Shown piece after piece: positions 11,753-23,755 of a DNA stretch of 43,064 nt. This DNA comes from Octopus bimaculoides. Lineage: Eukaryota. Where the stretch lies: assembly GCF_001194135.2 (NCBI RefSeq), contig NC_068990.1:57408157-57451220 (forward strand). Direction: 5' to 3'. The notes under the pieces are model-generated. The model worked only from the letters and a program-made list of their open reading frames with translations, did no database searches and had not been told where the DNA came from. The first letter of the stretch is position 1. Each line of letters opens with the position of its first letter. The position numbers and the translations under genes were made by a program.

Positions 11753-12745
11753 GGTAGTCGATAGCTTCAGCTATCTGGGCGACCAAGTTAGTAGTGGGGG
11801 TGGGTGCGCTGAAAGTGTAGCTGCTAGAATGAGAATAGCCTGGGCAAAGTTTAGAGATCTCTTACCCCTGCTGGCGACAAAGGGACTCTCACTCAGAGTA
11901 AAAGGCTGACTGCATGACGCATGCGTATGAACAGCCATACTACATGGCAGTGAAACATGGGCTGTAACTGCTGAGGACATACGTAAGCTCGCAAGGAATG
12001 AAGCCAGTACGCTCCGTTGTATGTGTAATGTCAATGTGAATACCCGTCAGAGTGTAAGTATCTTGAGAGAAAAGCTGAACATTAGAAGCATCAGTTGTGG
12101 TGTGCAAGAGAGACGATTGCGCTGGTATGTACATGTGGTGAGAATGGATGAGGATAGCTGCGTGAAAAAGTGCCACACCCTAACAGTTGAGGGAACCCGT
12201 GGAAGAGGTAGGCCCAGGAAGACCTGGGCTGAGGTGGTGAGGCAAGACCTTCGTACATTGGGCCTCACCGAGGCGATGACTNNNNNNNNNNNNNNNNNNN
12301 NNNNNNNNNNNNNNNNNNNNNNNNNNNNNNNNNNNNNNNNNNNNNNNNNNNNNNNNNNNNNNNNNNNNNNNNNNNNNNNNNNNNNNNNNNNNNNNNNNNN
12401 NNNNNNNNNNNNNNNNNNNNNNNNNNNNNNNNNNNNNNNNNNNNNNNNNNNNNNNNNNNNNNNNNNNNNNNNNNNNNNNNNNNNNNNNNNNNNNNNNNNN
12501 NNNNGTGCGGGTGGCACATAAAAGACACCATTTCGAGCGTGGCCGTTTTCGTGCGGGTGACACGTAAAAGCACCCACTACACTCTCTAAGTGGTTGGCGA
12601 TAGGAAGGGCATCCAGCTGTAGAAACTCTGCCAAATTAGATTGGAGCCTGGTGTTGCCATCCGGTTTCACCAGTCCTCAGTCAAATCGTCCAACCCATGC
12701 TAGCATGGAAAGCGGACGTTAAACGATGATGATGATGATGATGAT
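11753..12745 (+). mobile_element. young RTE-clade LINE 3' end: RT C-terminal region, 3' UTR and (GAT)n tail
   Basis: One frame from 11754 reads VVDSFSYLGD...AWAKFRDLLPLL...LHGSETWA...RRLRWYVHVVRM...EGTRGRGRPRKTW with two TGA stops; gaps at 11381-11752 and 12282-12504. Confidence 0.93.
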
Positions 12746-14079
12746 ACATATATATAGTCAAGAGTTAAGGAATGGAGTAGATAAGTTCCGGGCTTGCTAT
12801 GAAACATATGTTGCCCAAATCATATCTACTCAATTTCCGAACTCTTGGATACTTATTCGCATACTTGGCAACCCTGGTTGCCTACTGTGAAATGTAAAAA
12901 GAATTTTCTTCAACTTATCATACTTCAATACAAAAAATCCACAGCCTCAATAAACCACTATTGTTCCCGAAAGTTGTTTTTTTATATTTACTACAGATTG
13001 CTTGATGCTAACTTTCCCCCTACAACTAAATCCTTGGATCTTGTATTTATATATATATATATATATATACATATATTCTATATATATTTTAGCTACTATA
13101 ATTATTTTCTCATTTTCACTTGATAATTCCATTCAGATCAGATGACGCTGGTTAAAATGAAAATTAAAAATAGGTAATGTATCATAATGAAATTTTACAC
13201 AGGCATTTTGTCTCTTCTGAGTTCATCCCCACTGTGTGGCACCCTGGGAAAATGTCTTCTACAATAGCATCAGGCCAACCACACATGTATTCATATAGAT
13301 GCATGCACACATACATATATATACATAGACGGAGAGACAAACAGACATATATAGAAATTCTTGAACCAAATATGAGGGAAACCAGATTTCAACACCACTT
13401 CTTTACATTTGCGTGTTATGTGTGTGTGTGTGTGTGACAGTAGAATAAAGAAATGTCAGACGGTTGAAAAGTTTTAAAAATCTACATAGGGAGAAGACAA
13501 AGAATGACATAGGAAGAAATGATGAGAGCTGAACTCCTCTTGCAGGAAACGACAAAGATTCTTGACATGTTGCAACATACTGGATTGGAGCAGACCCATC
13601 AAACCTATGCAAGCATGGAACAACACAATCACGAATATCATAAAATGTTGACAAGAATGACAATGTCGATGGTGACAATGTTGAACTTGATGATGTCAAA
13701 AACACATAAATAATGCTTCTTTTATCATATTTTTAAAGTACATAATTAAGGCAGAAATAATGAATGCAATGGTGGACAAGATAATGGAATCTACTTTTGA
13801 ATCTTAATGAACACAGCTGATAGGTCATATCATTATTATTTTTGCAATTCAATAATTAATTCATATATCAACATCCAATATCAGAATAAAATAATTAATT
13901 CCATTAGGTGCAAGGATATATTTTTATAGTGAGGTTGTGTACTTGTTTCAATCTCGCTAGCACTGGATTAACCATTAAGTAAAAGAAGCATGCGCTTAAA
14001 ACATCAAGGGAAGGGGGCAGCACAGAAATGGTAAATGGTTTACAGTACAAAAGAAATTACTTTAAACTTGCTAAAATAA

Positions 14080-14275
14080 TCCTTTCTACTTTAGAAACAA
14101 AGCTTGAAATTTGTGGAGAGGGGAGTAGTTGATTACATCAACCCCAGTGATTCACTGGTACTTAATTTATTGACCCTGAACGGATGAAAGGCAAAGTTGG
14201 CCATGGCAGAATTTGAACTCAGAACATAGCGACGGGTAAAATATATGTAGGCATTTTGTCAAGCATGCTAGACTT
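14080..14275 (-). mobile_element. SINE family B
   Basis: ggatgaaaggcaaagttggcc...gaatttgaactcagaac. Confidence 0.75.
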
Positions 14276-14907
14276 GCTAAAATAATATCTGATGTGGTTT
14301 ATATGATCGGAAATATAATTTTGTTGTTTTCATGGTGTCATAATGAGGATCTAATCAAAGACTTTGCAATTAAAAAAACTAGTAGGAAACTTTTCAAGCA
14401 GAAACATTATTTCTATCTTATGGCAAGTTTTGTTACATTTTGGAAAATGCTTTATATTATGGTTTATTATTGAATATATTTTGAATTAACACTTTTTGGG
14501 GGGCAAATGCTATCACAGTTCATTAGGACGGGGAAATGATTTTACTCTCAAAATCAGTCACTCTTCGGGTCAAATCCCTAAGAAAATACCTAAACTCATT
14601 CAAGGAATAAACATAAACATGAAAAATAAAAATATATATAAAGAGATAAAATCTGTAAACTAATCCCCACATTAACGGTATTAATATAATTATTAAGGGT
14701 TATAATCTAAAAATATTATAGTATTATAGTAAATAAGGTTAAAACATTATGGAATAAGTAGACAATAGTAAAAAAAAAATGTGTTAGTGTACAAAGTTAC
14801 AGAAAGACGGATGTCAATATTGTTTATAGAATTAAAATAAGAAAACATGACTTATCTGCCGGCTGGTAATTGTCGATTAAAACAAAAATGGCAGTTCTAT
14901 AGAATTT

Positions 14908-15376
14908 ATACTAAAAAGTCACGTGATAAATATGCCGTCTATTACCCAGAAGTCCATGCGTATTATAATTACTAAAATAATAAAGAAAATATCGAAAAAG
15001 AAAATCTACCTAAAATAAAAAGTTTTTTGAGGATTAAAAATACTAAAATACTTAACCTTGCAAATTAACGCAGAATAATAACTAGACACATACGAACATT
15101 CTATATTACGTAAATAATGCTATGAAAATTAATACTGAAAAGTCACGTGATAAACATGGCGTCCATTACCAGAGGTAAGTACGTGTTATAATTACTAAAC
15201 TAAAATAATAACGAAAATATCGAAAACGAAAATATCGAAAACGAAAATCTACCTACAATAAAAAGTTTATTGAAGATTAATAATACTAAAATACTTAAAA
15301 CTCTCAGATTTACGCAGAATAATAACTATACCAAATACGAAAATTATATATTACTTAAATAATGTTATGAAACATT
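14908..15376. repeat. two tandem ~224-245-bp units
   Basis: Units start atactaaaaagtcacgtgataaa (14908) and atactgaaaagtcacgtgataaa (15132); the second contains a duplicated cgaaaatatcgaaaa. Confidence 0.9.
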
Positions 15377-15548
15377 GTAAAAGACTGCTCATATTATCGT
15401 TGAATACTTACAGTAAAGGTAGTTATATGTTCCAATTTAGTATAATATTGTGATGATTAAAGTGTTCTAAAACTAATTTGATGTATTTTACGATACTGAT
15501 CACAACTATAAGTTGGTATCTAATACTAGGTTTAAATGAAAAAAATAG

Positions 15549-15860
15549 TTATCTAAACTTATTATATAAGTAATTTAATTTATGTCTGCATTTAATATTA
15601 CGTTCATTGTGGGAGTTAAATAATTTTTTTATTAGCTAATAATATCTCTTTAAATTCGTTAGTACATAATAAGCAGAATTTATTCCCTATCCTATATGTT
15701 TTAGCCTTGCAAACCATTTCCCATTTTAACTCGTATTCTATTATTTTTGATTTAAGTTCCCAAATGTATTTACTAAGGCCCGTAGAGTTCATTAAATTTC
15801 TGTTCTTAAAAGAATTCATATGTTGGACCACCCGGGATTTAATTTTATTGGAAGTAAGTC
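15549..15860 (-). mobile_element. Penelope-like element: C-terminal GIY-YIG endonuclease fragment
   Basis: LTSNKIKSRVVQHMNSF...TGLSKYIWELK...YELKWEMVCKAKTY...KFCLLCTNE; after a 1-nt frameshift in an A7 run, LFNSHNERNIKCRHKLNYL. The LSKYIW, W, CxLC and CRH pattern is typical of PLE GIY-YIG domains. Confidence 0.88.
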
Positions 15861-16255
15861 GATTTCAGCCATGAAACGCGCGTAGTCTATGTACTAGCAC
15901 TAACTTTTTACATTTATACTTCCATACTGTATATTATCGTATTAATTTTTACTGTCTAATTTATAAATTTGACTTCTAAATTTTTTAAATTAATATTTCT
16001 ATGATTTATTTATATGATTTATTTATATAATATGTTATTTAATTTAAATTTTTAGATTAAAATATTAGATATATTAAGATGGTATATGCCTCACAGCATG
16101 GATTTGGATGGATTCTGAGCTGACTGAGTTGTAGAGTGGTGGTTCGTCTCTAAATTAATTATATACATATATATTATATATTAGGAAACCCGGTATAATA
16201 TTATACCAATTTTTGCTTGTATGGCTGGAATAAATTTTTTATTTCCTAATATTAT

Positions 16256-16297
<42 letters not shown>

Positions 16298-16565
16298 TAA
16301 AACATTAGGGTAAAAAATTGGACATTAATATCAATTTAATACCAGGGAAAAAGCACATTAAAAGAATCAAGGAGATTGAGAAAAAATATCTGAGATCTAG
16401 CATATTAACAGACCACCTAGTGGTCTCCTTTACACACACACACACACACATATATATACATATATACATCACATGTATACATACACATATATACAAACAC
16501 ATATTTTTCCAAACACAGCTGTGTGGATAGGCGCATGTGTGGCTGTGTGGTATATATATATATAT

Positions 16566-16860
16566 ATTGTTGTGTCTGGGAAGAGTCATTCTCTTGTAGT
16601 GCGTTATTATTTAGCACACTCACCAGTAAAGTTTCCACTCATTTACTTATTTATTTTTCCTAAAATTTATGTTTTGTCTTGCAACATTTTCCGTAGTTGT
16701 TAACAGTGAAAATAAATAAGTAAATGAGTGGAAATTTTACCAGTGAGTGTGTTAAATAACAAGGCTCTAAAAGAGAATGACTCTTCCCAGACACAACAAA
16801 ATATGCTTCAACACCTGAACTCACATAAAGAATCTTGCAAACCAAATTCAAAAACGAAAA
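16566..16860. mobile_element. asymmetric palindromic insertion between (TA)n arrays, probably PLE-derived
   Basis: 16566-16660 and 16708-16802 are ~95-bp reverse complements; the right arm extends ~57 nt further. Confidence 0.6.
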
Positions 16861-16862
16861 AT

Positions 16863-16905
<43 letters not shown>

Positions 16906-16911
16906 CATATA

Positions 16912-17300
16912 TAGGTGCAGGAGTGGCTGTGTGATAAAAATCTTGCTTCTCAACCACATAGTTCTGGGTTCAGTACCACTGTGTGACACCTTGGGCAAGT
17001 GTCTTCTACTATAGCCTTGGGGTGGCCAAAGCCCTGTGAGTGGATTTGGTAGATGGAAACTGAAAGAATCCTGTTGTATATATATAAATATATATATGTA
17101 TGTATATATGCTGTTCCCTCACTGTTGCTTGACAACCAATGTTGGTGTGTTTACGTCCACGTAACTTAGCAGTTTGGCAAAAGAGACCAATAGAATAAGT
17201 ATTGGACTTACAAAGAATAAGTCCTGAAGTCGATTTGTTCGACTAAAAGTGGTGCTCCAGTATGGCTGCAGTCAAATGTCTGAAACAAGTAAAAGAATAT
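16912..17300 (+). mobile_element. SINE family A, full length
   Basis: ataggtgcaggagtggctgtgtg head, central (TA)n, tail ggtgctccagtatggctgcagtcaaatg. Confidence 0.88.
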
Positions 17301-17324
17301 ATATGTGTATATATCTGTGTGTGT

Positions 17325-17550
17325 GTCTTTGTATCTGCATTTGTTCTCCCATCGCAGCTTGACAACCAATGTTGGTGTGTTTACATCCCCATCACTTAAC
17401 GGTTTGGCAAAAGAGACTTAAAGAATAAGTACCAGGCCTAAAAAGTAAGCACTGGAGTCGATTCATTCAACTAAAAGATTCGAGGTGGTGCTCCAGCATG
17501 ACCACAGTCAAATCACTGAAACAATTAAAAGAATAAACGAATAAAGAATG
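17325..17550 (+). mobile_element. SINE family A, second 3' half in tandem
   Basis: Repeats gcttgacaaccaatgttggtgtgtttac...ggtgctccagcatg directly after the previous copy. Confidence 0.8.
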
Positions 17551-17645
17551 AATATACAAATACATATATATGTATATATGTGTGAGTGTGTGTGTGTGTG
17601 TATGCATATGAGTATGTATATGTATACATGTATATATATTACTCT

Positions 17646-17829
17646 GAGGACAATTATCCTGCCACCCATAGAACAATTCCCTTGACAACAACCGTCCCCT
17701 AGGGCAATTACTCCCCTTGGTTAGTTACCCCACTCTAAAATTTATGAAGAAGTTTTGAATCATCGTCTGTTAACATCAGGGGTAATTGTCCTGGAAGGGG
17801 TTATTGTCCATGGGGTAAATGTCCTAGAC
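17646..17829. mobile_element. MITE-like element with repeated GGACAATT/GGGCAATT subterminal motifs
   Basis: Left aggacaattatcc, acaattccc, gggcaattactcccc; right ggggtaattgtcc, ggggttattgtcc, ggggtaaatgtcct in inverted orientation. Confidence 0.6.
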
Positions 17830-17844
17830 TCATATATATATATA

Positions 17845-17893
<49 letters not shown>

Positions 17894-17897
17894 AGAT

Positions 17898-18150
17898 GTG
17901 GAGGCACGTGGATTAGTGGTTAGGGTATCAGCATCATGATCGTAAGATTGTGGTTTCGATTCCTGGACCGGGTGACGTGTTGTGTTCTTGTGCAAAACAC
18001 TTCACTTCACATTGCTCCAGTCCACTCAGCTGGCAAATATGAGTAATGCTGCGATGGACTGGTTTCCCATCCAGTTGGGGAACACATATACCAATGAAAC
18101 TGGGAAACCAGGCCCATGAGCCTGGCTAGACTTTAAAAGGGCACATTTAT
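17898..18150 (+). mobile_element. tRNA-headed SINE family D
   Basis: A-box-like tggattagtgg, B-box-like gtttcgattcc, core ttgctccagtccactcagctgg; homologous to copies at 40481 and 40731. Confidence 0.8.
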
Positions 18151-18169
18151 TTATTATTTTATTTATAGC

Positions 18170-18222
18170 TTTAGATAGATAGATAGATAGGTAGATAGAT
18201 AGATAGATAGATAGATAGATAT
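18170..18222. repeat. (GATA)n microsatellite
   Basis: Directly visible. Confidence 0.95.
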
Positions 18223-18225
18223 ATC

Positions 18226-18435
18226 GTCAACATCATCATCATCATCATTTAATGTCCATTTTCCATGCCGACATGGGTTGGACAGTTTGACCAGCTGAAG
18301 AGCTGTTCAGGCTCCTTGTCTATCTTGGCATGGTTTCTACAGCCTAATGCCCTTCCTAATGCCAAACTCTTTACAGAATGTACTAGGTGCCTTTACACAG
18401 AACTGGCACTGGTGCTTTTTACGTGACACCAGCAT
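18226..18435 (-). mobile_element. RTE-type 3' tail fragment
   Basis: (CAT)n then ttaatgtccattttccatgccgacatgggttggac. Confidence 0.75.
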
Positions 18436-18708
18436 ATATGCATATATGTATGTGTGTGTGTGTGTTTAAAGATATGTATATGTATATGTATGTATATATT
18501 TATCTATATAGTTCAGAGATGAGAATCAAATATACTTAGTAGTACTCATGAGGTTTAAACTTGAGTGGGTAGAGAAGTAAACGAGGGGGTACTGTAAAGC
18601 TACTACCTTTGGATAAAAGAAAATACAGGAGGATCAGTGAATTATGATATTATCCAACAAATTCATCTCTCAAATTCACACATTGCAGTTTTCTAAGGCC
18701 TATAAAAG

Positions 18709-18709
<1 letters not shown>

Positions 18710-18745
<36 letters not shown>

Positions 18746-19530
18746 GCACACATGTACATATACATATACATGTATAAGTATCTACATATATGCATATGTA
18801 TGTTCTTTTATAGGACTCAGCAAAATTTATTCAGTTTTTCTAAGCCCTATAAAAGAACATATATATGCATATATGTATATACTTGTACATATATATGTAC
18901 ATGTGTAAATACGAATACATGTGTGTATGTGTGTGTGTGTATGTACTAGGTTATCAAATAAATGCGTCCAGTTTTTCCTACACAGCATTTTATTGTCATA
19001 TGTCGAATAAGAAATAAAATTTATTCAAATTTCTAAAAACTATAAACAAAAGTTATAGAGGGAAAATAGAGTTATAAAAACCATGAAACACTACCATAAA
19101 AATATTTTTTATGGTGATTCAAATAATATTGGAATAGATTAAAACAAATGGAAAAAAAGACCAATAAATTTATCTGACAAATGCAAGTATATATAAATAA
19201 ATACGTGAGTGTGTGTGTATATATATAAATATAGATGTATAATTTCTCACTTTCCTGAGTGTCAGACTGATACACCTATGTGTGTATTAGATATATGCAT
19301 GTATAAATATATATGTATATATACATATGCATGTATATATATAAGTTATATTTGTGTATATATACATATTTATGTTATTACCGATAGAAATCTGTATGTG
19401 TAGTAATATATATGAATACATGTATATGTATGTGTGTATATATGTGTGAGTGTGTGTGTGTGTGTGTACATATATATATATTTATATATATAGACACACG
19501 TCATCTATATATATATATAAGAATAAATAC

Positions 19531-19561
<31 letters not shown>

Positions 19562-19941
19562 TCTATATATATATATATGAATAAATACATACATATATAC
19601 ATATATTCATGCATGAAGTAACACACATGTGCATATCTTATGAAAATCTTCTTCCTAATCCTCTGCATTTTGCAAGTGAATCAAGGATCAGCGGCCGTTA
19701 ACAGCTTTCATAATTCTGTACGATAAAACATTATTGATGCATCCAGTAAGTGTTATTTACAAATAGAATTTATTTGCAGACAAAAAGAGCATATATATAC
19801 ATATAAAAACAATATGATAGCAGTCACATATATGATATAATAGGCAATACACTCATACTCAAACATTACACACACACACACACAAAGATGCATAAGCTCT
19901 TGTTCATTTGGACACTTACACATACACAAATATATACATAA

Positions 19942-19998
<57 letters not shown>

Positions 19999-20024
19999 CA
20001 TACATATATATATATACATACATA

Positions 20025-20108
<84 letters not shown>

Positions 20109-20245
20109 CATATATATGCACTTACTCACATATATACGTGTATCTATGTATACTACATGAAAAAATAAAATATAAATATGAAGCCGAATAATAATAACAA
20201 CAATAATAATAACAACCACAACAATAACAAAAAAAAATAATAATA
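18710..20245. repeat. large compound microsatellite field (TA, TG, TACA, AAT/AAC) with short unique islands
   Basis: Directly visible; explains the YI/CV-rich ORFs. Confidence 0.9.
19677..19745 (+). other. candidate 69-nt exon with a stop in every frame
   Basis: Branch-like cctaat, pyrimidine tract, gcaAG acceptor, perfect GTAAGT donor; phase-0 frame is TGA then IKDQRPLTAFIILYDKTLLMHP. Confidence 0.3.
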
Positions 20246-21262
20246 GAAATCAATAATTCTTGCAGTATTTCTGGCAAACTTTCAACCTTAGAGGATTGAT
20301 TGGCTTTATCTGATACTTTTTAGAGCATTGCTTGGCATTATCAGAAAGAATGCAGTATTAATGAATCCCCAAGTGTTCCAAGAAGCTTGTAATGTTTCGG
20401 TCATCAGCTTACTTATGGCCAAAGTACATAGGCGATAGCAATAATTCCATTTTTATGGCCATGAAGCAATAGATTTAAAAACCATAAACTTGCTGATTAT
20501 CTCAATATTTCAAAACATTAACAAATGCTATCGTCATTTTGATATTGTTACTTGACTGGAAAAGCTGTCTCAAAAATAAAGCAAAAAAAAAAAAAAAAAG
20601 AAGGAAAGTAAGAAAAGCAGAAAAAAAAGATGGGAAAGAAAAAATGATAAATATATAAAAATAAAAACAAATTGTATATCAAGCATTACTAACCATTTAT
20701 TTTGAATGATTAAAGATAATGTATATCTTTTACTTGTTGCTTAGGTTTTTCACACTTTTTAAATAACTCACATTCTTTCTCTCTATATATATTTGATAGG
20801 TTTTAAATAAAAAAAAACGATTTCTCTACAGTAATTACTATTCAAGCATTTATGACTTCATTGTGGTTAATTTGTTCCACTTCCTCACACAAACACAAAA
20901 GGTATCATTTTGTACTTAAAAGACTTTGAATTGGCAAGTTCATTTTGTGTTTGCTTTTCATTGGAATCATATTTTGGTGCCTAACTGCTATAAAAATATA
21001 TTTGCTCAGTATAATGCATGTGTTTAAGAAATCTGCTTCACTCTATTGCTCTCTTTTTCTGTCCTTGTATAAAATGATCTGGTGGTGCTTTTGTTGGAGC
21101 AAATCTTTTCCTGTTGTTGACAGCCTTCCAATTGGAAAATAAGAAAAGAATCCTTTTTAAGTTTATTTTTATTTCTCTTCTCAAGCAAACCAAAGAAGCA
21201 GTGGTTTGGGCATGAGTTCAAATTTCATAAGATCCAATGGCAGTGTGTGTGATATTCTAGCA

Positions 21263-21843
21263 CAGTGGTTCTCAACCAGAGACTTCATGGCCTCTTAGGG
21301 TCCATATAATATTCTTGGAGGTCCACACAACAAAACAATAAGCTAGGGTTCCACAATAGTACATTTTGGGCCCCTGCAAAACTTTTGCTTCAGATGTATG
21401 TATTGGTATTTATTCTTTTCTGCTCTAGGCACAAGGCCCAACATTTTTGGGGAGAGGGGGGCAGTCAATTAGGTCGACTTCAGTATGCAACTGGTACTTA
21501 ATTTTTCGATCCCAGAAGGATGAAAGGCGAAGTCGAACTTGGGAGAATTTGAAACCAGAACAGAAAGACAGACGAAATACTGCAAAGCAGTTCGCCCGGC
21601 ATGCAAGCTTTTCTGCCAGCATGCCACCTTTGAATTGGTAATTATTGCAAGAAACAGTGAGGTTTCTTTCTCTAACATTTTACATAGATCAACCTATACA
21701 AGTGAATGTGTGAAAAATGAAATATTAATTTTGAAAGAAGTTTCTATAAAACTAGTTTTTAAACATCAAATAGATGTAGGGGTCCACTAGAATAAAAGAG
21801 TAATCAAAGAGGGCCATAGATAAAAAATAGTTGACGACCCCTG
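21263..21843. mobile_element. hAT-type MITE with a nested SINE B (21425-21625, minus)
   Basis: Ends cagtggttctcaac and gttgacgacccctg; 8-bp flanks ttctagca and ctctaaca (6/8), with the central TA seen in Charlie-type hAT targets. Confidence 0.75.
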
Positions 21844-22199
21844 CTCTAACATCTTATCTTTACAGATATGGCACCTCATTAGGAGTATGCTGGGTGGGTG
21901 GTTTTTCAGCCACATTGCCAAGGCATCACTTATGCTGGAGTGTGTAGCATGGTTCCTAAATAAAGCTGTTCATCACACAGGGATAGACTTGTAGTACCAT
22001 TTCACAACTGATGCATAAAATTTTGATTAGAGACTTCAAGCATATTCACACTGGCTCCCATAAGCAGACTTTCCATTGCTGCCAAACTTTTTAGGGATCC
22101 ATGATCCAAGATTTGTAATACAGAAGAAAATACCAAAGTAATAAAGCTTTATTGAAGTATTGGAGGTGCACATTTTCCAGTGCTCCTCTCTTTAATATT

Positions 22200-22630
22200 G
22201 ACTTCAAATTTAGGTACAACGCCAGCAGTTTTGGGGAGGAGTAAATCAATTATATCAACCCTGGTGCTCAACTAACACTTATTTTATTGACTCTGAAAGG
22301 ATGAAAGGCAAAGTCGATGTTGGTGAAATTTGTGTGGTAAGTAGCTTGCTTACCAACCACATGGTTCCGAGTTCAGTCCCACTGCATGGCATCTTGGGCA
22401 AGTGTCTTCTACAATAGCCTCGGGCCGACCAAAGTCTTGTGAGTGGATTTGGTAAATGGAAACTGAAAGGGGATGGGGATAAGTCTATTACATCAATCCC
22501 AGTGATCAACTAGCATTTATTTTATCAATCCTGAAAGGATGAAAGGCAAAGTCAACTTTGGTGAAACATGAATTCAGAATGTAAAGATAGAGGAAATAAG
22601 CATTTTTCCTGGTATGGTAAGGATTCACCT
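22200..22630. mobile_element. SINE mosaic: B(-) 22200-22330, A head(+) 22331-22468, B(-) 22469-22630
   Basis: Two gaaaggatgaaaggcaaagtc cores flank a family A head; junctions are abrupt. Confidence 0.8.
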
Positions 22631-22929
22631 TACTATACCTTACTGCTTACTTTAATATTAAGGAGGCTGCTCAAGTGACAAGGTGACTAGTACTTCCTAG
22701 AGTGGACCTGCATACTGTATTTCTGAGACTATGTTGCTCAGAGCTCCTCTGCTAAGCATTTATCATGTGTGACTGTGGAGAGGTTTGGCAGGAATCTGGG
22801 AGGAGTTGTAGACTGAAGATTCAAATACTAGACTGCTTCCCACTTCAACAGATGTTCTAGGCAGCAGCTTCAAGCTGTTAGCAAAAGGTTACATTAGGAT
22901 CATATAAATCAACCTCAAAGGTGTTCATT

Positions 22930-23755
22930 TCCCTCATTCAATGAAGGAAGCTGACTGTCAGACAGACTATGATGTCATACTAACAAAAGTAAATTGCCTG
23001 TGTGCTCTTTATGGCATTAAAGAAATTAAACATAAAGAGGCTCAATTGTTACAAGTTTGAGTGTCCTGATACTTGCAAAAATTATCAAACTGAAAGTGTT
23101 GAAACATTTATTATCTGAAAAGCTGGCATGGATGATAAATGGTCTTCTTTTAGACCTACACTCTATGATGCTACTATCATAACTATTAAATTCAAAATTA
23201 AAAAAGAAGATTACATCAGGATTGGTATGATGAGAACTATAGCAGGATTGGTAGGCTTTTGAATGATATACATAAAATTCACTGAGCAACTGTGGACAAT
23301 TCTTCATGTCAAACTCTAAAAAACAACAATACACTTTTCAGAATTAGACTGAAACTTGGTGGTGGATTGCAGAAGCTGAAGAAATCCAGATGAAAGCAGA
23401 TTGGTATTATACATGTCATGCCAATCTGTGATGTCATTCAGTCTAAGATGGTAGGACTTGTTTCACATTACCAGTCAGGTAATCATATGGCCCATCTCCA
23501 GTCAGTAATCATGGAGTATATTGGAGAAAACTTTTATCAGCTCCTAAACCAATGAATTTAGTTGCTGTGAAGGAATTTTGTTATATGTCCATCATTCACT
23601 TTGACGAGCCACAAGCTTTTATTGAAATTAGTATTGACAATAAAATGCTAAGAAACAGGAAATCTTTGGAATTGGACAATATTTCTGCAGTGGGCTTGAA
23701 GGTGGGTGATTACTGCTGCACAATAGTGCTTCAGTGCTACAACACAGGACTATAA
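22930..23755 (+). mobile_element. old RTE-clade LINE internal relic (end of endonuclease to start of RT)
   Basis: Motifs in RTE order across frameshifts: ADCQTDYDVILTKV, RRLHQDWYDEN (~23217), WWIAEAEEIQMKAD (~23360), NFYQLLN, DEP...MLRNRKSLELDNISAVGLKVG. Confidence 0.75.

Noticed and set aside
12997-13042. Exon candidate RLLDANFPPTTKSLDL
   Set aside because: Weak donor running into (TA)n, and it adjoins a possible mariner-like remnant at 12770-12990.
13403-13713. Overlapping ORFs of 100 and 64 aa
   Set aside because: No recognisable domain or splice frame; contains caaacctatgcaagcatggaa, resembling the RTE-type tail.
14509-14571. Hammerhead-like arrangement on the minus strand (gac-CCGAAGA...tgatttt/aaaatca hairpin...GAAC)
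   Set aside because: Both core boxes are mutated and it matches the half-hammerhead at 15872 only loosely; too degenerate to call.
5507-20219. Numerous YI-, CV- and X-rich ORFs in the ORF track
   Set aside because: Translations of dinucleotide microsatellites and N gaps.
20385-20410. CTGATGA-cc-GAAAC on the minus strand
   Set aside because: No stem II and no consistent stem I; compatible with chance in 86 kb of double-strand sequence.
21880-22200. Possible L1/Tx1-like relic on the minus strand (LQYFNKALLLW)
   Set aside because: A single short motif; insufficient support.
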